IMG/VR virus record: IMGVR_UViG_3300050500_000499
Direction: 5' to 3' (one strand)
Length of the DNA: 48,915 nucleotides
Source: a virus
Shown here piece by piece: positions 25,187-34,592 of the stretch. The notes beneath the pieces are model-generated. The model was not told where the DNA came from, did no database searches, and saw only the letters and a program-made list of their open reading frames with translations. Each line of letters begins with the position of its first letter. Position 1 is the first letter of the stretch. Both the position numbers and the translations under genes were made by a program.

Positions 25187-25763
25187 GCAGCTTGCAGCGC
25201 AGGGCGTCGAGCCGCCGATGGCTTTCGCCGGTGAAGCGCCCACGCAGCCGGGCGTCGGTTTACCGCCGCGTCCAGTTCCGAGCATGGGTATAGCGACGCC
25301 GCAAGCTGTGGCGGAACAACATGCTCAGCGGCCGCAACCAGCGCCAGCGAAGAGTCAGAATAGGGTGCCGCAGCCGCCAGCCGGACCGCCAATTCCGGTC
25401 AATCAGTTCGTGGGCCCCATACCTCCAGAGAACAGCGGCTCGCCGCTTGATCCGCAACAGCAGCCAATGGCAATGGCAGAACCTAGTTCGTCGCTCGATA
25501 TTCGATCGACGGCGCAGCAGCAGGGACAAGGCGGAGGGCTCGGCCAGGTCAATTCGCGCAGCGTCCGGGATTCGCTGGGCTTGGCGCTCCAAGGGTTGAA
25601 AATGATGGAGGCGCCGCAATTGCGCGCCCCGCATCCGGTGGCACCGCCGCGGCCGGACACGGGAGGATTGGGTAAAATTGATCCGATTGTCCTGATGCAA
25701 AATGCGCAGAAAACTGGTGTTGCTCCACTATTGCTGCTGTCGCAGCTCCTTGGGAGGGGATGA
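25116..25763 (+). CDS. Pro/Gln-rich internal virion protein candidate, 215 aa.
   Basis: ATG at 25116 is 6 nt after GGAGG. The track start at 25056 is a TTG deep inside the upstream gene. Confidence 0.5.
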   Translation: MVSPLDPQMAFDPMPMSLWDNLAEQLAAQGVEPPMAFAGEAPTQPGVGLPPRPVPSMGIATPQAVAEQHAQRPQPAPAKSQNRVPQPPAGPPIPVNQFVGPIPPENSGSPLDPQQQPMAMAEPSSSLDIRSTAQQQGQGGGLGQVNSRSVRDSLGLALQGLKMMEAPQLRAPHPVAPPRPDTGGLGKIDPIVLMQNAQKTGVAPLLLLSQLLGRG

Positions 25764-26563
25764 TGGCTGATCAGAATTTTCTTGACCCGCGCGACGAGCA
25801 AATGATGCGGCAGGACACTGGTCCAGGGCTAGCGGATCGCTGGAGGGGTTGGCTGGCCAGTCCGCAGAATCAAGCCTTTCTGATTCAGGCGGGCACCGCG
25901 ATGCTCCAGCCGAGGCCAGAGGGTCAAACGGCCATAGGGCAAATTGCGGGCTCACTTGGAGCGGGGGGTGAGGCCGCTGCTCGTGTTTCGAAGCAGGAGG
26001 AGGAAGCGACGGAGGCTGCGTCGAGGCAGGCGTATCGGGCGTCGAATGCTGATGCCAATCAGCAAAAAGGGGAAGCGGCACTCTTGCGCGGGCAAGCGGC
26101 GCTAGATCGAGCCGCCACGCTTGCGGAAGGAGGCGGTCGGCCTATGACCGAGGCGCAGCGCCTTCAGTTTCGGTTGAAGGCGCAGACGAAATATAGGGAT
26201 TGGATCGCGAAGCCAGAGGACCCGATTGGTGAGCCTCTGTTGAAAATTCTGGGGGCGAAAACAAAGGTGGATGTAGAGCAAAATCCGGAGTTGCGGCGGC
26301 GGGCCCTCGAATGGTTTTACGAGGGCGCCCCCGATGCAGCGCCGGCGTCGCGCGCCGTTCCGCAGCAGAACCAAACGCCAGTTCCAGGCAACAGCCGGAT
26401 CATGACTCCGAGCGAAGGAGTGGCGAGCGGTGCTTATAATGCGACGGAAGTGTCGAATGCCGTTGAGGCGATTTATGCGGGCAAACGGAGTCGCGAAAGC
26501 ATTCTGCAGCAATATGAGCAAAGGACGGGGCGGCCACGCTCTGACGTACTAGGACAGCTATAA
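25760..26563 (+). CDS. Internal virion protein candidate, 267 aa.
   Basis: GGGAGGGG RBS. Helical and A/Q/E/R-rich. Lies immediately upstream of the giant protein. Confidence 0.5.
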   Translation: MMADQNFLDPRDEQMMRQDTGPGLADRWRGWLASPQNQAFLIQAGTAMLQPRPEGQTAIGQIAGSLGAGGEAAARVSKQEEEATEAASRQAYRASNADANQQKGEAALLRGQAALDRAATLAEGGGRPMTEAQRLQFRLKAQTKYRDWIAKPEDPIGEPLLKILGAKTKVDVEQNPELRRRALEWFYEGAPDAAPASRAVPQQNQTPVPGNSRIMTPSEGVASGAYNATEVSNAVEAIYAGKRSRESILQQYEQRTGRPRSDVLGQL

Positions 26564-29500
26564 TGGCGAATCCGTATTTGGAGCCGGAGGCAGAGGAACA
26601 ACCTGCGCCCCCACAGCCGTCGGCGGATCGTGGTCCGAGCCCGATGAATCCCTATCTGTATCAGGCAGAGGGGAATGCAAATCCGTATATGGATGCTCCG
26701 CAGCCGCAGCCGTCGCAAATGGAAAATGCGGCGTTGAGTCCGAGTGCGGGCCCTGGCTATTTCGATGTGGCTGTTGATTCGGCGATGCGCGGCGGCGCTC
26801 GCGGAATGGAAAAGGTTTCCAATTTCTATGAAGGCATTAAGCGGAAGTTGAGTGGCGAAACCTTTTTTCATGTCCCGGAGCAGCCGGAGGCGACGGCGGC
26901 CAACCCTGAGGTCGAGGGCTTGCTCAACACGCCGATGCAACAGGGGTGGACTAGTCCGAAGTGGTGGGCCGCTCAGGCCGTCAATGCGATTAGTGAAAGT
27001 TGGCCGGAAATGGTTGCGGCGGGGCTCGGCGGTCGGGTCGGCGGCATGCCTGGAATGGTTACGGGGATGTCGGCGGGGAGTGGATTGTTGTCGCTGATTC
27101 CAGCGTTCAAGGAGGCGAAGGCGAAAGGCTTGAGTGACGACGACGCAGTAACGGAGGCGGCGAAGGTTGCAGCGGTCAATGGTGGCACGGCGATGCTCGC
27201 AGGAGTTGCGGGCATGCAAGGCTTCACCGGGGCGCTGATGCACGGAAAGACCGTCGAAGCGCTCAAGGTCCCGATCAAGGAAGCCTTGGTCCAGCTCGGT
27301 CTGGTCCAGCCGACGATTGCGGTGGCCGGCTCTATTGCAAGGGGAATTGCGCAAGGCAAAGAGCTTCAGGATATCAGTCCGTGGGACGTGGCACACGAGG
27401 CGTCGCTCGGCGTTTTGACCCAAGCGCCGTTCACTGGTTATCAGATTCTGGCTCTGTCGAGGCCCCGCCGTGCGCCGAGCCCGCCGGCCGGAGTCGAGCA
27501 TTTGCAGGGGGCGACGGAGGGTGTGCCGGCGCGCGAAATTCCGGTGCAGGATATTCCTGCTGGTGAGAGGATGCCAGCGCCGGAGGGATGGATTGCGGAG
27601 CAAAATACACCGCAGGTTCAAGCGCCGACGTTTTATTCGGCGATCAAGAAATTTGTCGAGGAAAAGGGACAAAATACTGCCACGGGAGAGCAGTGGAGCG
27701 GCACGATTCGGAATGCGCCGGGGATCAAGCTCGAGGAATTCGAAGCGCTGGGGCTTCCAGCATTTTTAGGAGACGAAAAAGGGAGGATTTCGAAAGCGGA
27801 TTTGCTAGCGCATATTGAGGAAAATCAAATCCAGTTGCTGGAAAAAGAATTGACTTCTGGTCCGCCGCTGAAGTGGACACAAACAGAATCTGGATTGCTG
27901 GTGGCCGATGCTCCAGAGGGGACGCGCTACGTTATTGGTCCGCGTCCGGACGGTACGTATACCGTTGCAAATTCGCGCGGCGGTCGCGTTCAGGCTCGGG
28001 ACATAGCTTCGGCCCAAACGCTGGCACAGCAAATTGAAGCACAACGAAGATCTGGACAGGGAGGCGAAACTCAATATGGGGCTTATACGCTGCCGGGACC
28101 AAAGGAGAAGTATGGCGAACTCTTATTCAAGCTGCCAGACGAGGTGGCGAAGCTGGAGGATCAATATAATAGGCTCAATGAAGAATTCATGGCGGCCAGA
28201 GCCGACAATCCACTTTCGACAAGGACGCAGGAGCTTGCGAAGCAATTGCAAGAGGTGGCGGGAAGGTATGCGCAAGAGCGTGAGGGCAAGTTCAAGGCGC
28301 CGCACTTTGGCGAGGAGGGCCGCAATCTGCTGGCTCATGCAAGGTATACTAGCCGCCTCGACAGAGATGGCAAGAATACGCTATTCGTGGAGGAGATTCA
28401 AAGTGATTGGCATCAGAGGGGGAGAAAGCAGGGATACACTGATCCAGAGAAAGTAGCGCAATTAGATCAAGTACGAGAACGGATAAATCAGCTTAGGGAC
28501 AGCACTGATGGCATACTGAATAGCCTTGACGATTTGGGATTCGACAGTACTAGTCGGGCGCGTGCAGCTCTCGTGCGGGAGGGACTAGAGTCTTGGGATA
28601 TTCCTCCAGAATATAGACCCAAGTTACAAGAGTATGTTGATACGCGGCGAGAGTTCCTTCGCCTGCATGATGAGGTTGGTACGGCTGTTGCGGATGCGCC
28701 CTTTAAAAGCTCTTGGGACGAGTTGATGTTCAAGCGCCTCTTGCGCTATGCTGCCGACAATGGATATGAGAGGATTTCGTGGACGAATGGAGATCAGCAA
28801 ATTGCAAGGTATCCCGGCTTGGGCGAAGTCCAAGCGCGGGGCATGGTCGATTTTTATGGCAGCTCGAATAAGATTGGCGCATTGGACAAGATTGCCCAAA
28901 AGTGGGCGAAGAAGCTCGGCATGGATGGAGGCGAGACGACGTTCGATGTGGGGCCACAGGCGATTCGAGCAGACGAGCCTATGGCGAATACGATTGCTGG
29001 TCAAAGACAGCTTTTGAATGCGACCAGGAATCGATATATCAATGTCTCTCCGGAGGCGGGGAGCCGCATCAAGCGGGGGCTGCCGCTATTCGAGCAGAAG
29101 GTTGCTGCACAGGTCATCGATCCGGGTGTGGCGATGGGGGAGGTACCGGGAATCCGCGCGGCGGCGCGCCAGGCAATCAAGGTTTTGGAAAACGTTCGAA
29201 AGGCGATGGGACTCGAAGGGACAGATTTGCGCAAAATCGAGTTGTATCATGATCCAAACGACACGAGTCGAGGCTGGTATCATCCGGACGAGAAAATCAT
29301 TCGCATAAATCTGGCGAATGCACAATCGCCGGAGCAGATTTATTCGACGCTCGCCCACGAATTCGGACATCATTTGATGTACGACGTTTTTGATAAATTG
29401 CCGCCGGAGAAAAAAGTTGCAATTTTCGACGATTACGACAAGTTCGTAATGCGGATGAAAACTGATCCGAGTGCCGCGAACGCCCTCGTGCGACGTAGAG

Positions 29501-32500
29501 CTCCGATTTCTGAGTTCAATGAGCCAAGCTCGACTAGTTGGAGGAATTTGCGTTGGATCGACATGCCACAAGCGGAGCGCGAGTATTGGTTCGGTTTTAA
29601 TGAGTGGTTTGCGGATAACGTGGCGCGGTGGGCGACCACAGACGCCAAGCCTATGTCTGTTGTCGATAAGTTTTTCTCGTCGCTGGGCCGCGTTATCCGG
29701 GATGTGGTGCGCGCCGTTCGACAGGCGGTGACCGGGGAATCGTTCGAAGCGGCACCCGCAATGCGCGCATGGCTCGACAGTTTCATACAGCAGAATGGAG
29801 TGTTTGGACCGGAGGTGGCCAGCACCATGCACTTGCAAGGATTGCTGAAAAATGCTCGTGCGTTGCAAACCGAAGGGACGGAGGCACCGGCTACCCCGCA
29901 AATGGGGAGCACGGGAGGTGGAAGGGCGATCCTCGACGGCGCGGGCGCTGGGGCCGAAGGTCGAGCCTTTGCGGCGCACGGGGATCGGATGAATTGGTTT
30001 TATAAGGTTGCACTTTCGCTTCAGCAGATTGCGAAGCGGAACGAGCACATTTTGCCGCTTCAGCTTTATCGGGAGTTGACCGATTTGCTGAACCTCGAAA
30101 CCATAACGGCATTGAATCAAGCTGATATTAATGTCATGCGGCCGTGGAAGCACTTGAGCCGCGAGGAAGGCGAGGCCCTCGGCCGATTCATCGACGATTA
30201 TGCAAATGGTCGGTTCATGGACCCGAAGGAATTGGCGAAGGACGGACTGCGGAGGCCCACCGATACTGAGCTGCGAGCTCTTATCAAGAAACATGGATTG
30301 ACGGAAAGGGGGGCGAAGCAATTTGGCGCTATTATTACTGATTTGCGAAATGATTTGATGCGATACAAGGACATATTGATGGCGGAAACTAGTCGCATCC
30401 GCGATCCGATCGAACAAGCGCAAGCGATGGAGCGCGTCGAGGCGCAGATTCGTGCAATGGACAGCATTCCGTTCATGCCCTTTGCTCGATTTGGCGATTA
30501 CACCGCCACGACGTATACAGTTGATGGAAAGGTGAAGGAATTCTATCGGTTTGAAACGCAAAAGGCGAGAGATCGCGCCGTTGAGCAAATGCAGGCCGCC
30601 GCGGCGCAGGGCGAACAGGTGAAATCTGGGTTCCTGCACAAGGATGTGCATCCGTTGCTCGGGATGCCCCCAGGCATGCTCGATCGGATTGCAGACAAAT
30701 TGAATTTGAGTCAAAATATGAGGGATTCGATCGACCAGCTCAAGTTCGAATATGCGCCCGCGCAAAGCTTCAGGCATCATTTCCAGCAAAAGGATTTCAC
30801 GCCGGGCTATTCACAAGACTGGCAGCGCGCCTACGCGCAATACAAGTTTCATGGGTCGCATTATTTCGCTCGGATCAAATATGCCGATCAAATGCGAGAT
30901 ATGATTGCGGAAATGACCAATGAACGCTTGACCCGGAACGACCACACGAAGCTCGACCAGATTCGGAATTTGATGACAGAGCACTTGGACACCGTGCTGA
31001 ATCCGAAGGCGGATTATGCTCGGTTGAAGGGAGCGATGTTCCACTTCCACATGGGATTCAGAGTCTCCACCGCCGCGATCAATTTGACTCAGGTCCCGCT
31101 GGTGGCGTGGCCGAATTTGAGCAGTCATTTCGGCGATTTTAAGTCGGCCGCCGCACTGATTCGAGCAACGGGAAAATCGAACACTCTGTTCCGCCGCATG
31201 ACCACGTCGCATATGGCAGCGGACGAATTGCGGATTCTGCAACAGGGCGCCGACGACGGATTGACTGCTCCAAAACAAGCGTATGAACTTGGGGCGTTGA
31301 GCGAAGGGCGGAATCTGTTCAAGGGGCTTGGAAAGGGAATTGAGCGGACCTGGCAGGAAGGCGCGGAGCTTTCCGCTAAAATGTTCGAAATGAGTGAGCA
31401 ATGGGGGCGGACGACGACCCTGCTCGGTGCCTATGATTTGGCGAAAAAGGATCTCGGTTCGAAGTTCGTCCAGAACAGCATTCAGGCGAACCAGTTGCTT
31501 TATCTGCGACTCCGGGAAAAGAATTGGAGTCACGAGGAAGCCGCAGCATACACCGCCGCCACGGTCGCAGTCAAGGAATCCATGTTCGAATATGGGTATC
31601 ATGCGCGGCCGAAAATGTTTCAAGGCGGACTTGGCGCCGTTTTGCTTTTTAAGAGCTTCCAGCAGAACGTGCTGTTCAATTTGTGGAATAATAAGGGAAG
31701 CTTTGTCCGGCAAATGCTATTGCTCGGCGGCGCCGCCGGCCTGGCCGGACTGCCGTTTTCTGAAGACATTAGCTCGATCATGAAAATGCTGAGCAAGCGA
31801 TTTTTGTCCAGTGATTTCGACCTCGAGGACGAAGTGCGGAAGCAAGTTCGAGCATTGAGCAATGGAGCCATTTCGCCTGATCTGGTGATGCACGGCGTTG
31901 GACGTTATGCGTTCGGCGTCCCGCATGTTTTGGATTTGATGGGCTCGACGCTCGGTTTAAGGGACAAAAATGAATACGCTGGAACGTTCCCGGAGCCGCG
32001 GGGCGTTTCGATTAGCCGCAGCATTGGGATGGGACAAGTTTTGCCGTTCGACGTAGGTAGAGCCTTCTCGCCCTCGAAGAGCCCGGAGCGGAATGAATTG
32101 CAGCAAATCCAAAGGGCGAGCGGTGCAGCGTTCGGAATAGGATTCTCGCTTTACAATTTCGCGACGAGCAATCCATTCACAGAGCCAGACAGGAAGAAAT
32201 GGGAGCAGATAATGCCTGCCGCAATTCGCGACGTGAGCACGGCGTGGCGCTTTGCAGAGGAAGGCGGCGAAAGGAATCGACGCGGGAACCAGATCATCAA
32301 GTTCGACCCTTATGATACGATGGGGGCCGCAGAGATTTTAGCAAGGGGTCTTGGCTTCCAGCCGACCAGGCTCGTAGCCCGACAGGAAAACATTGCTGCG
32401 AAAGCGGAGGCGGTGGAGTATTGGGAAATCAGGCGCCAGTTGCTCATGAGGCAATATTGGAGCGCCGTGAAGGACAACAATCCGGAGCAGATCGAGTCGG

Positions 32501-32730
32501 TGATCGAAGCCGTAAAAGCGTTCAATCGGGGCCTGCCTGAAGAAGCAAAAGCGAAAGCAATAACAGGAACGAACTTGCGACAATCAATAGTGAGAAGAGC
32601 ACAAGATAGAGCTCGACAAGAATCGGGGCTGCCAACGGGGCGGAGAGACACAACGCTTTATCAAAGCATCGACGCGCTTTATCCCGAAGGCGCGCCTCCC
32701 GGCTTGCAAGACATTCGACGAGTGCAGTGA
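26563..32730 (+). CDS. Giant polyvalent internal-virion or ejection protein, 2055 aa.
   Basis: HEFGHH zincin motif at 29356-29373. PFARFG (PLxRFG-type motif) at 30478-30495. LFVEEIQSDWHQRG box near 28390. Gly-zipper hydrophobic segments near the N-terminus and around aa 1700. TAATG start overlap. Confidence 0.8.
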   Translation: MANPYLEPEAEEQPAPPQPSADRGPSPMNPYLYQAEGNANPYMDAPQPQPSQMENAALSPSAGPGYFDVAVDSAMRGGARGMEKVSNFYEGIKRKLSGETFFHVPEQPEATAANPEVEGLLNTPMQQGWTSPKWWAAQAVNAISESWPEMVAAGLGGRVGGMPGMVTGMSAGSGLLSLIPAFKEAKAKGLSDDDAVTEAAKVAAVNGGTAMLAGVAGMQGFTGALMHGKTVEALKVPIKEALVQLGLVQPTIAVAGSIARGIAQGKELQDISPWDVAHEASLGVLTQAPFTGYQILALSRPRRAPSPPAGVEHLQGATEGVPAREIPVQDIPAGERMPAPEGWIAEQNTPQVQAPTFYSAIKKFVEEKGQNTATGEQWSGTIRNAPGIKLEEFEALGLPAFLGDEKGRISKADLLAHIEENQIQLLEKELTSGPPLKWTQTESGLLVADAPEGTRYVIGPRPDGTYTVANSRGGRVQARDIASAQTLAQQIEAQRRSGQGGETQYGAYTLPGPKEKYGELLFKLPDEVAKLEDQYNRLNEEFMAARADNPLSTRTQELAKQLQEVAGRYAQEREGKFKAPHFGEEGRNLLAHARYTSRLDRDGKNTLFVEEIQSDWHQRGRKQGYTDPEKVAQLDQVRERINQLRDSTDGILNSLDDLGFDSTSRARAALVREGLESWDIPPEYRPKLQEYVDTRREFLRLHDEVGTAVADAPFKSSWDELMFKRLLRYAADNGYERISWTNGDQQIARYPGLGEVQARGMVDFYGSSNKIGALDKIAQKWAKKLGMDGGETTFDVGPQAIRADEPMANTIAGQRQLLNATRNRYINVSPEAGSRIKRGLPLFEQKVAAQVIDPGVAMGEVPGIRAAARQAIKVLENVRKAMGLEGTDLRKIELYHDPNDTSRGWYHPDEKIIRINLANAQSPEQIYSTLAHEFGHHLMYDVFDKLPPEKKVAIFDDYDKFVMRMKTDPSAANALVRRRAPISEFNEPSSTSWRNLRWIDMPQAEREYWFGFNEWFADNVARWATTDAKPMSVVDKFFSSLGRVIRDVVRAVRQAVTGESFEAAPAMRAWLDSFIQQNGVFGPEVASTMHLQGLLKNARALQTEGTEAPATPQMGSTGGGRAILDGAGAGAEGRAFAAHGDRMNWFYKVALSLQQIAKRNEHILPLQLYRELTDLLNLETITALNQADINVMRPWKHLSREEGEALGRFIDDYANGRFMDPKELAKDGLRRPTDTELRALIKKHGLTERGAKQFGAIITDLRNDLMRYKDILMAETSRIRDPIEQAQAMERVEAQIRAMDSIPFMPFARFGDYTATTYTVDGKVKEFYRFETQKARDRAVEQMQAAAAQGEQVKSGFLHKDVHPLLGMPPGMLDRIADKLNLSQNMRDSIDQLKFEYAPAQSFRHHFQQKDFTPGYSQDWQRAYAQYKFHGSHYFARIKYADQMRDMIAEMTNERLTRNDHTKLDQIRNLMTEHLDTVLNPKADYARLKGAMFHFHMGFRVSTAAINLTQVPLVAWPNLSSHFGDFKSAAALIRATGKSNTLFRRMTTSHMAADELRILQQGADDGLTAPKQAYELGALSEGRNLFKGLGKGIERTWQEGAELSAKMFEMSEQWGRTTTLLGAYDLAKKDLGSKFVQNSIQANQLLYLRLREKNWSHEEAAAYTAATVAVKESMFEYGYHARPKMFQGGLGAVLLFKSFQQNVLFNLWNNKGSFVRQMLLLGGAAGLAGLPFSEDISSIMKMLSKRFLSSDFDLEDEVRKQVRALSNGAISPDLVMHGVGRYAFGVPHVLDLMGSTLGLRDKNEYAGTFPEPRGVSISRSIGMGQVLPFDVGRAFSPSKSPERNELQQIQRASGAAFGIGFSLYNFATSNPFTEPDRKKWEQIMPAAIRDVSTAWRFAEEGGERNRRGNQIIKFDPYDTMGAAEILARGLGFQPTRLVARQENIAAKAEAVEYWEIRRQLLMRQYWSAVKDNNPEQIESVIEAVKAFNRGLPEEAKAKAITGTNLRQSIVRRAQDRARQESGLPTGRRDTTLYQSIDALYPEGAPPGLQDIRRVQ

Positions 32731-33047
32731 AAGGGGGCCATGTAGTGGAACAGCTTGGGCCCCTTTCCCTGATCGGCTTCTTGTTCATAGCAACTCCTCC
32801 TCCAGAGCGTTACGATTTCCCATACAAGGGCGAATTGACCATTGTGCGGGTTCATCGACTCGAAGCGAACAGATTGTGTGATTCGCAGCGGACGACGGTT
32901 TTCGGGAATGTCGGGGCCTGCGCAATTCTGCATTCGGCCTCCCGTTGCACCATTATCATCAATGTCGATAGTGTGATGACGGAGACGAGCCTACTGCGAC
33001 ACGAGGTGGCGCATTGTAATGGCTGGCCCGGACATCATCCGCGCTAG
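32727..33047 (+). CDS. Small HExxH-motif protein, putative zinc metallopeptidase-like, start uncertain.
   Basis: LLRHEVAHCNGWPGHH near the C-terminus. The track GTG at 32727 overlaps the stem-loop. In-frame GTG at 32745 or TTG at 32781 are alternatives. A hydrophobic N-terminus (LSLIGFLFIA) suggests export. Confidence 0.5.
   Translation: MKGGHVVEQLGPLSLIGFLFIATPPPERYDFPYKGELTIVRVHRLEANRLCDSQRTTVFGNVGACAILHSASRCTIIINVDSVMTETSLLRHEVAHCNGWPGHHPR
32730..32768 (+). terminator. GGGGCC/GGCCCC stem-loop family copy after the giant gene.
   Basis: AAAGGGGGCCATGTAGTGGAACAGCTTGGGCCCCTTTCC, starting at the last base of the stop codon. Confidence 0.45.
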
Positions 33048-33078
33048 AGCCGCGCAAAGATCACCATTATTAGGAAGC

Positions 33079-33108
33079 TTGTGGCGAGTACAAGAGTGAG
33101 CGCCACAA
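33079..33108. terminator. Stem-loop in the convergent gap between the two blocks.
   Basis: ttgtggcg-N14-cgccacaa: a perfect 8-bp stem in the only intergenic space between the converging gene sets. Confidence 0.4.
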
Positions 33109-33122
33109 TTAGCTCCTCATAT

Positions 33123-33224
33123 TCAGAACCAAAGAGCGGGGATTTCATAATAGCGCTCATTCGATTCGACGATGTGGCTGAACTGGCCGTCGGGGACGGC
33201 TATGACAGGTACTGTTTCCTTCAT
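33123..33224 (-). CDS. Possible 33-aa terminal ORF of the leftward block.
   Basis: ATGA overlap with the stop of the helicase-like gene. Translation MKETVPVIAVPDGQFSHIVESNERYYEIPALWF. It is short, so uncertain. Confidence 0.35.
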   Translation of the reverse strand: MKETVPVIAVPDGQFSHIVESNERYYEIPALWF

Positions 33225-34456
33225 TGCAGGGGGTCTCCGGTTTGCTTTGATGCATTGAACAGGACGAAATCGGCGTCGCCCTGTTTTATCATAGTCAAAA
33301 GGTTGCCATGAACGGCAGCGCGAAGGGCTGCTTGGAATTCGACAAAGGACATAAAGTTCATCGAACGGGACCAAAGGTCTTTGACGCTCTGACCGCCGAT
33401 GTTGCGGACAAAGGTGACGATTTCATTGACATGGCGGGCTTCGTCCACCACGCCGATGGATTCGAAAACGCGGATCATGTCCTGTTCATTTGACGTTATA
33501 ATCTGTTCGGCTTCGACCAGGTCTTCGCGTTCGATGATGAGCTTGTCTCGTTTTGAAGCGGCAAGGACAAGAGCAAATTTATGTAAATGTGTTTGCTTCC
33601 GCGCAATGTAGCCTCCAAATCTGTCACTCGCAAGGTGTGGAGGTCGAGCGCTATGATCGTTGTGTCGAGTGTACCAATCACGGCCCCAGATTCGTGCATC
33701 AGTTGACAGGATATAGGGTCCTGCAAGTTGAGATATCGCTGTAAGATCGTCAGTAAGTGCTTTTTCGAGCTGTCGATATTGGTCATGGGGGATCACCTCG
33801 TCGGGATAGGGGACTAGTTGGCGTTTTTTGTCACTGTAGACAAAAACGATTCGACTTGTGAGGCCACCTCCAACCATTGCTTCGGGGAAATTGGCTCTGA
33901 GCCATGCTGGAGTTGTCGCAGCGATAAGGTTAAGCCAAGGATGGTCGACTTCAATATTTCCGCTGCTTTTTGTCTCATGACGAAATTTGTCTGCTTGTCC
34001 GTCCCACATTCGGATAAGAAACGATAGGAGCTGGTCGTCATCAGTCCGCAAAAATGTTCCAAGTTCTCCAATGCCGACCGTAAGGCACGACATCGGAATG
34101 CGGGCGAGTTGTCCATTGAGGTCGACATATTCGCAGTACTCCACAGCAGAGGAGAGCGCCTGAGCAAGAGCTTGCCAGGTCATAGATTCTGGGCCGAAGT
34201 GGATTCCGGGGACTTTTTCCAAAAGGCGTAAACCAACTCCCATTGTTGTCGACTTCTGCACCACACCAGCCGGAGCGACGAGAATGATGTAGAAATTCGG
34301 TGTCCACTGGAATTTGTGCATGTCCAGCCATACACGGCGTCGAAGCGCTCCCGCGAGCATTGACACTCCGGACCAAAAATGGAACTTGACTGGAGCTTCG
34401 GAGTCCTTTGCAAAGTCAACGTAAGCTTCCAACCAATTTTTAAAGATTCGAGCCAC
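33221..34456 (-). CDS. DUF3987/SF3-like helicase-type ATPase with a deviant P-loop, 411 aa.
   Basis: GTG start after GAGGAAG. ILVAPAGVVQKSTT sits where a Walker A is expected, with Gln replacing the Gly before the Lys. IGELGTFL and SRIVFVY resemble downstream NTPase strands. Confidence 0.5.
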   Translation of the reverse strand: MARIFKNWLEAYVDFAKDSEAPVKFHFWSGVSMLAGALRRRVWLDMHKFQWTPNFYIILVAPAGVVQKSTTMGVGLRLLEKVPGIHFGPESMTWQALAQALSSAVEYCEYVDLNGQLARIPMSCLTVGIGELGTFLRTDDDQLLSFLIRMWDGQADKFRHETKSSGNIEVDHPWLNLIAATTPAWLRANFPEAMVGGGLTSRIVFVYSDKKRQLVPYPDEVIPHDQYRQLEKALTDDLTAISQLAGPYILSTDARIWGRDWYTRHNDHSARPPHLASDRFGGYIARKQTHLHKFALVLAASKRDKLIIEREDLVEAEQIITSNEQDMIRVFESIGVVDEARHVNEIVTFVRNIGGQSVKDLWSRSMNFMSFVEFQAALRAAVHGNLLTMIKQGDADFVLFNASKQTGDPLQ

Positions 34457-34466
34457 TTTGGCTTCC

Positions 34467-34592
34467 TCATTTTAGGCGTGCCTTATGCTTTTCGATTACC
34501 CGTTCCAATTTGGAGCGGACTTGTGCATCGAGCTTTTCACCCTCAATGCCCAGGTGGCCAGTCATTTGCTCATGCAGTTCGAAGATGTTCAT
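34467..34592 (-). CDS. Small hypothetical protein, 41 aa.
   Basis: ATGA overlap with the stop of the PolA C-fragment. Translation MNIFELHEQMTGHLGIEGEKLDAQVRSKLERVIEKHKARLK. The longer track ORF would run into polA. Confidence 0.45.
   Translation of the reverse strand: MNIFELHEQMTGHLGIEGEKLDAQVRSKLERVIEKHKARLK

Noticed and set aside
33046-33108. A tiny reverse-strand ORF (MALTLVLATSFLIMVIFARL, GTG start after GGAG) sharing the CTAG stop with the converging gene.
   Set aside because: It is only 20 codons long. Its sequence is the 8-bp stem-loop that more plausibly acts as the convergent terminator.
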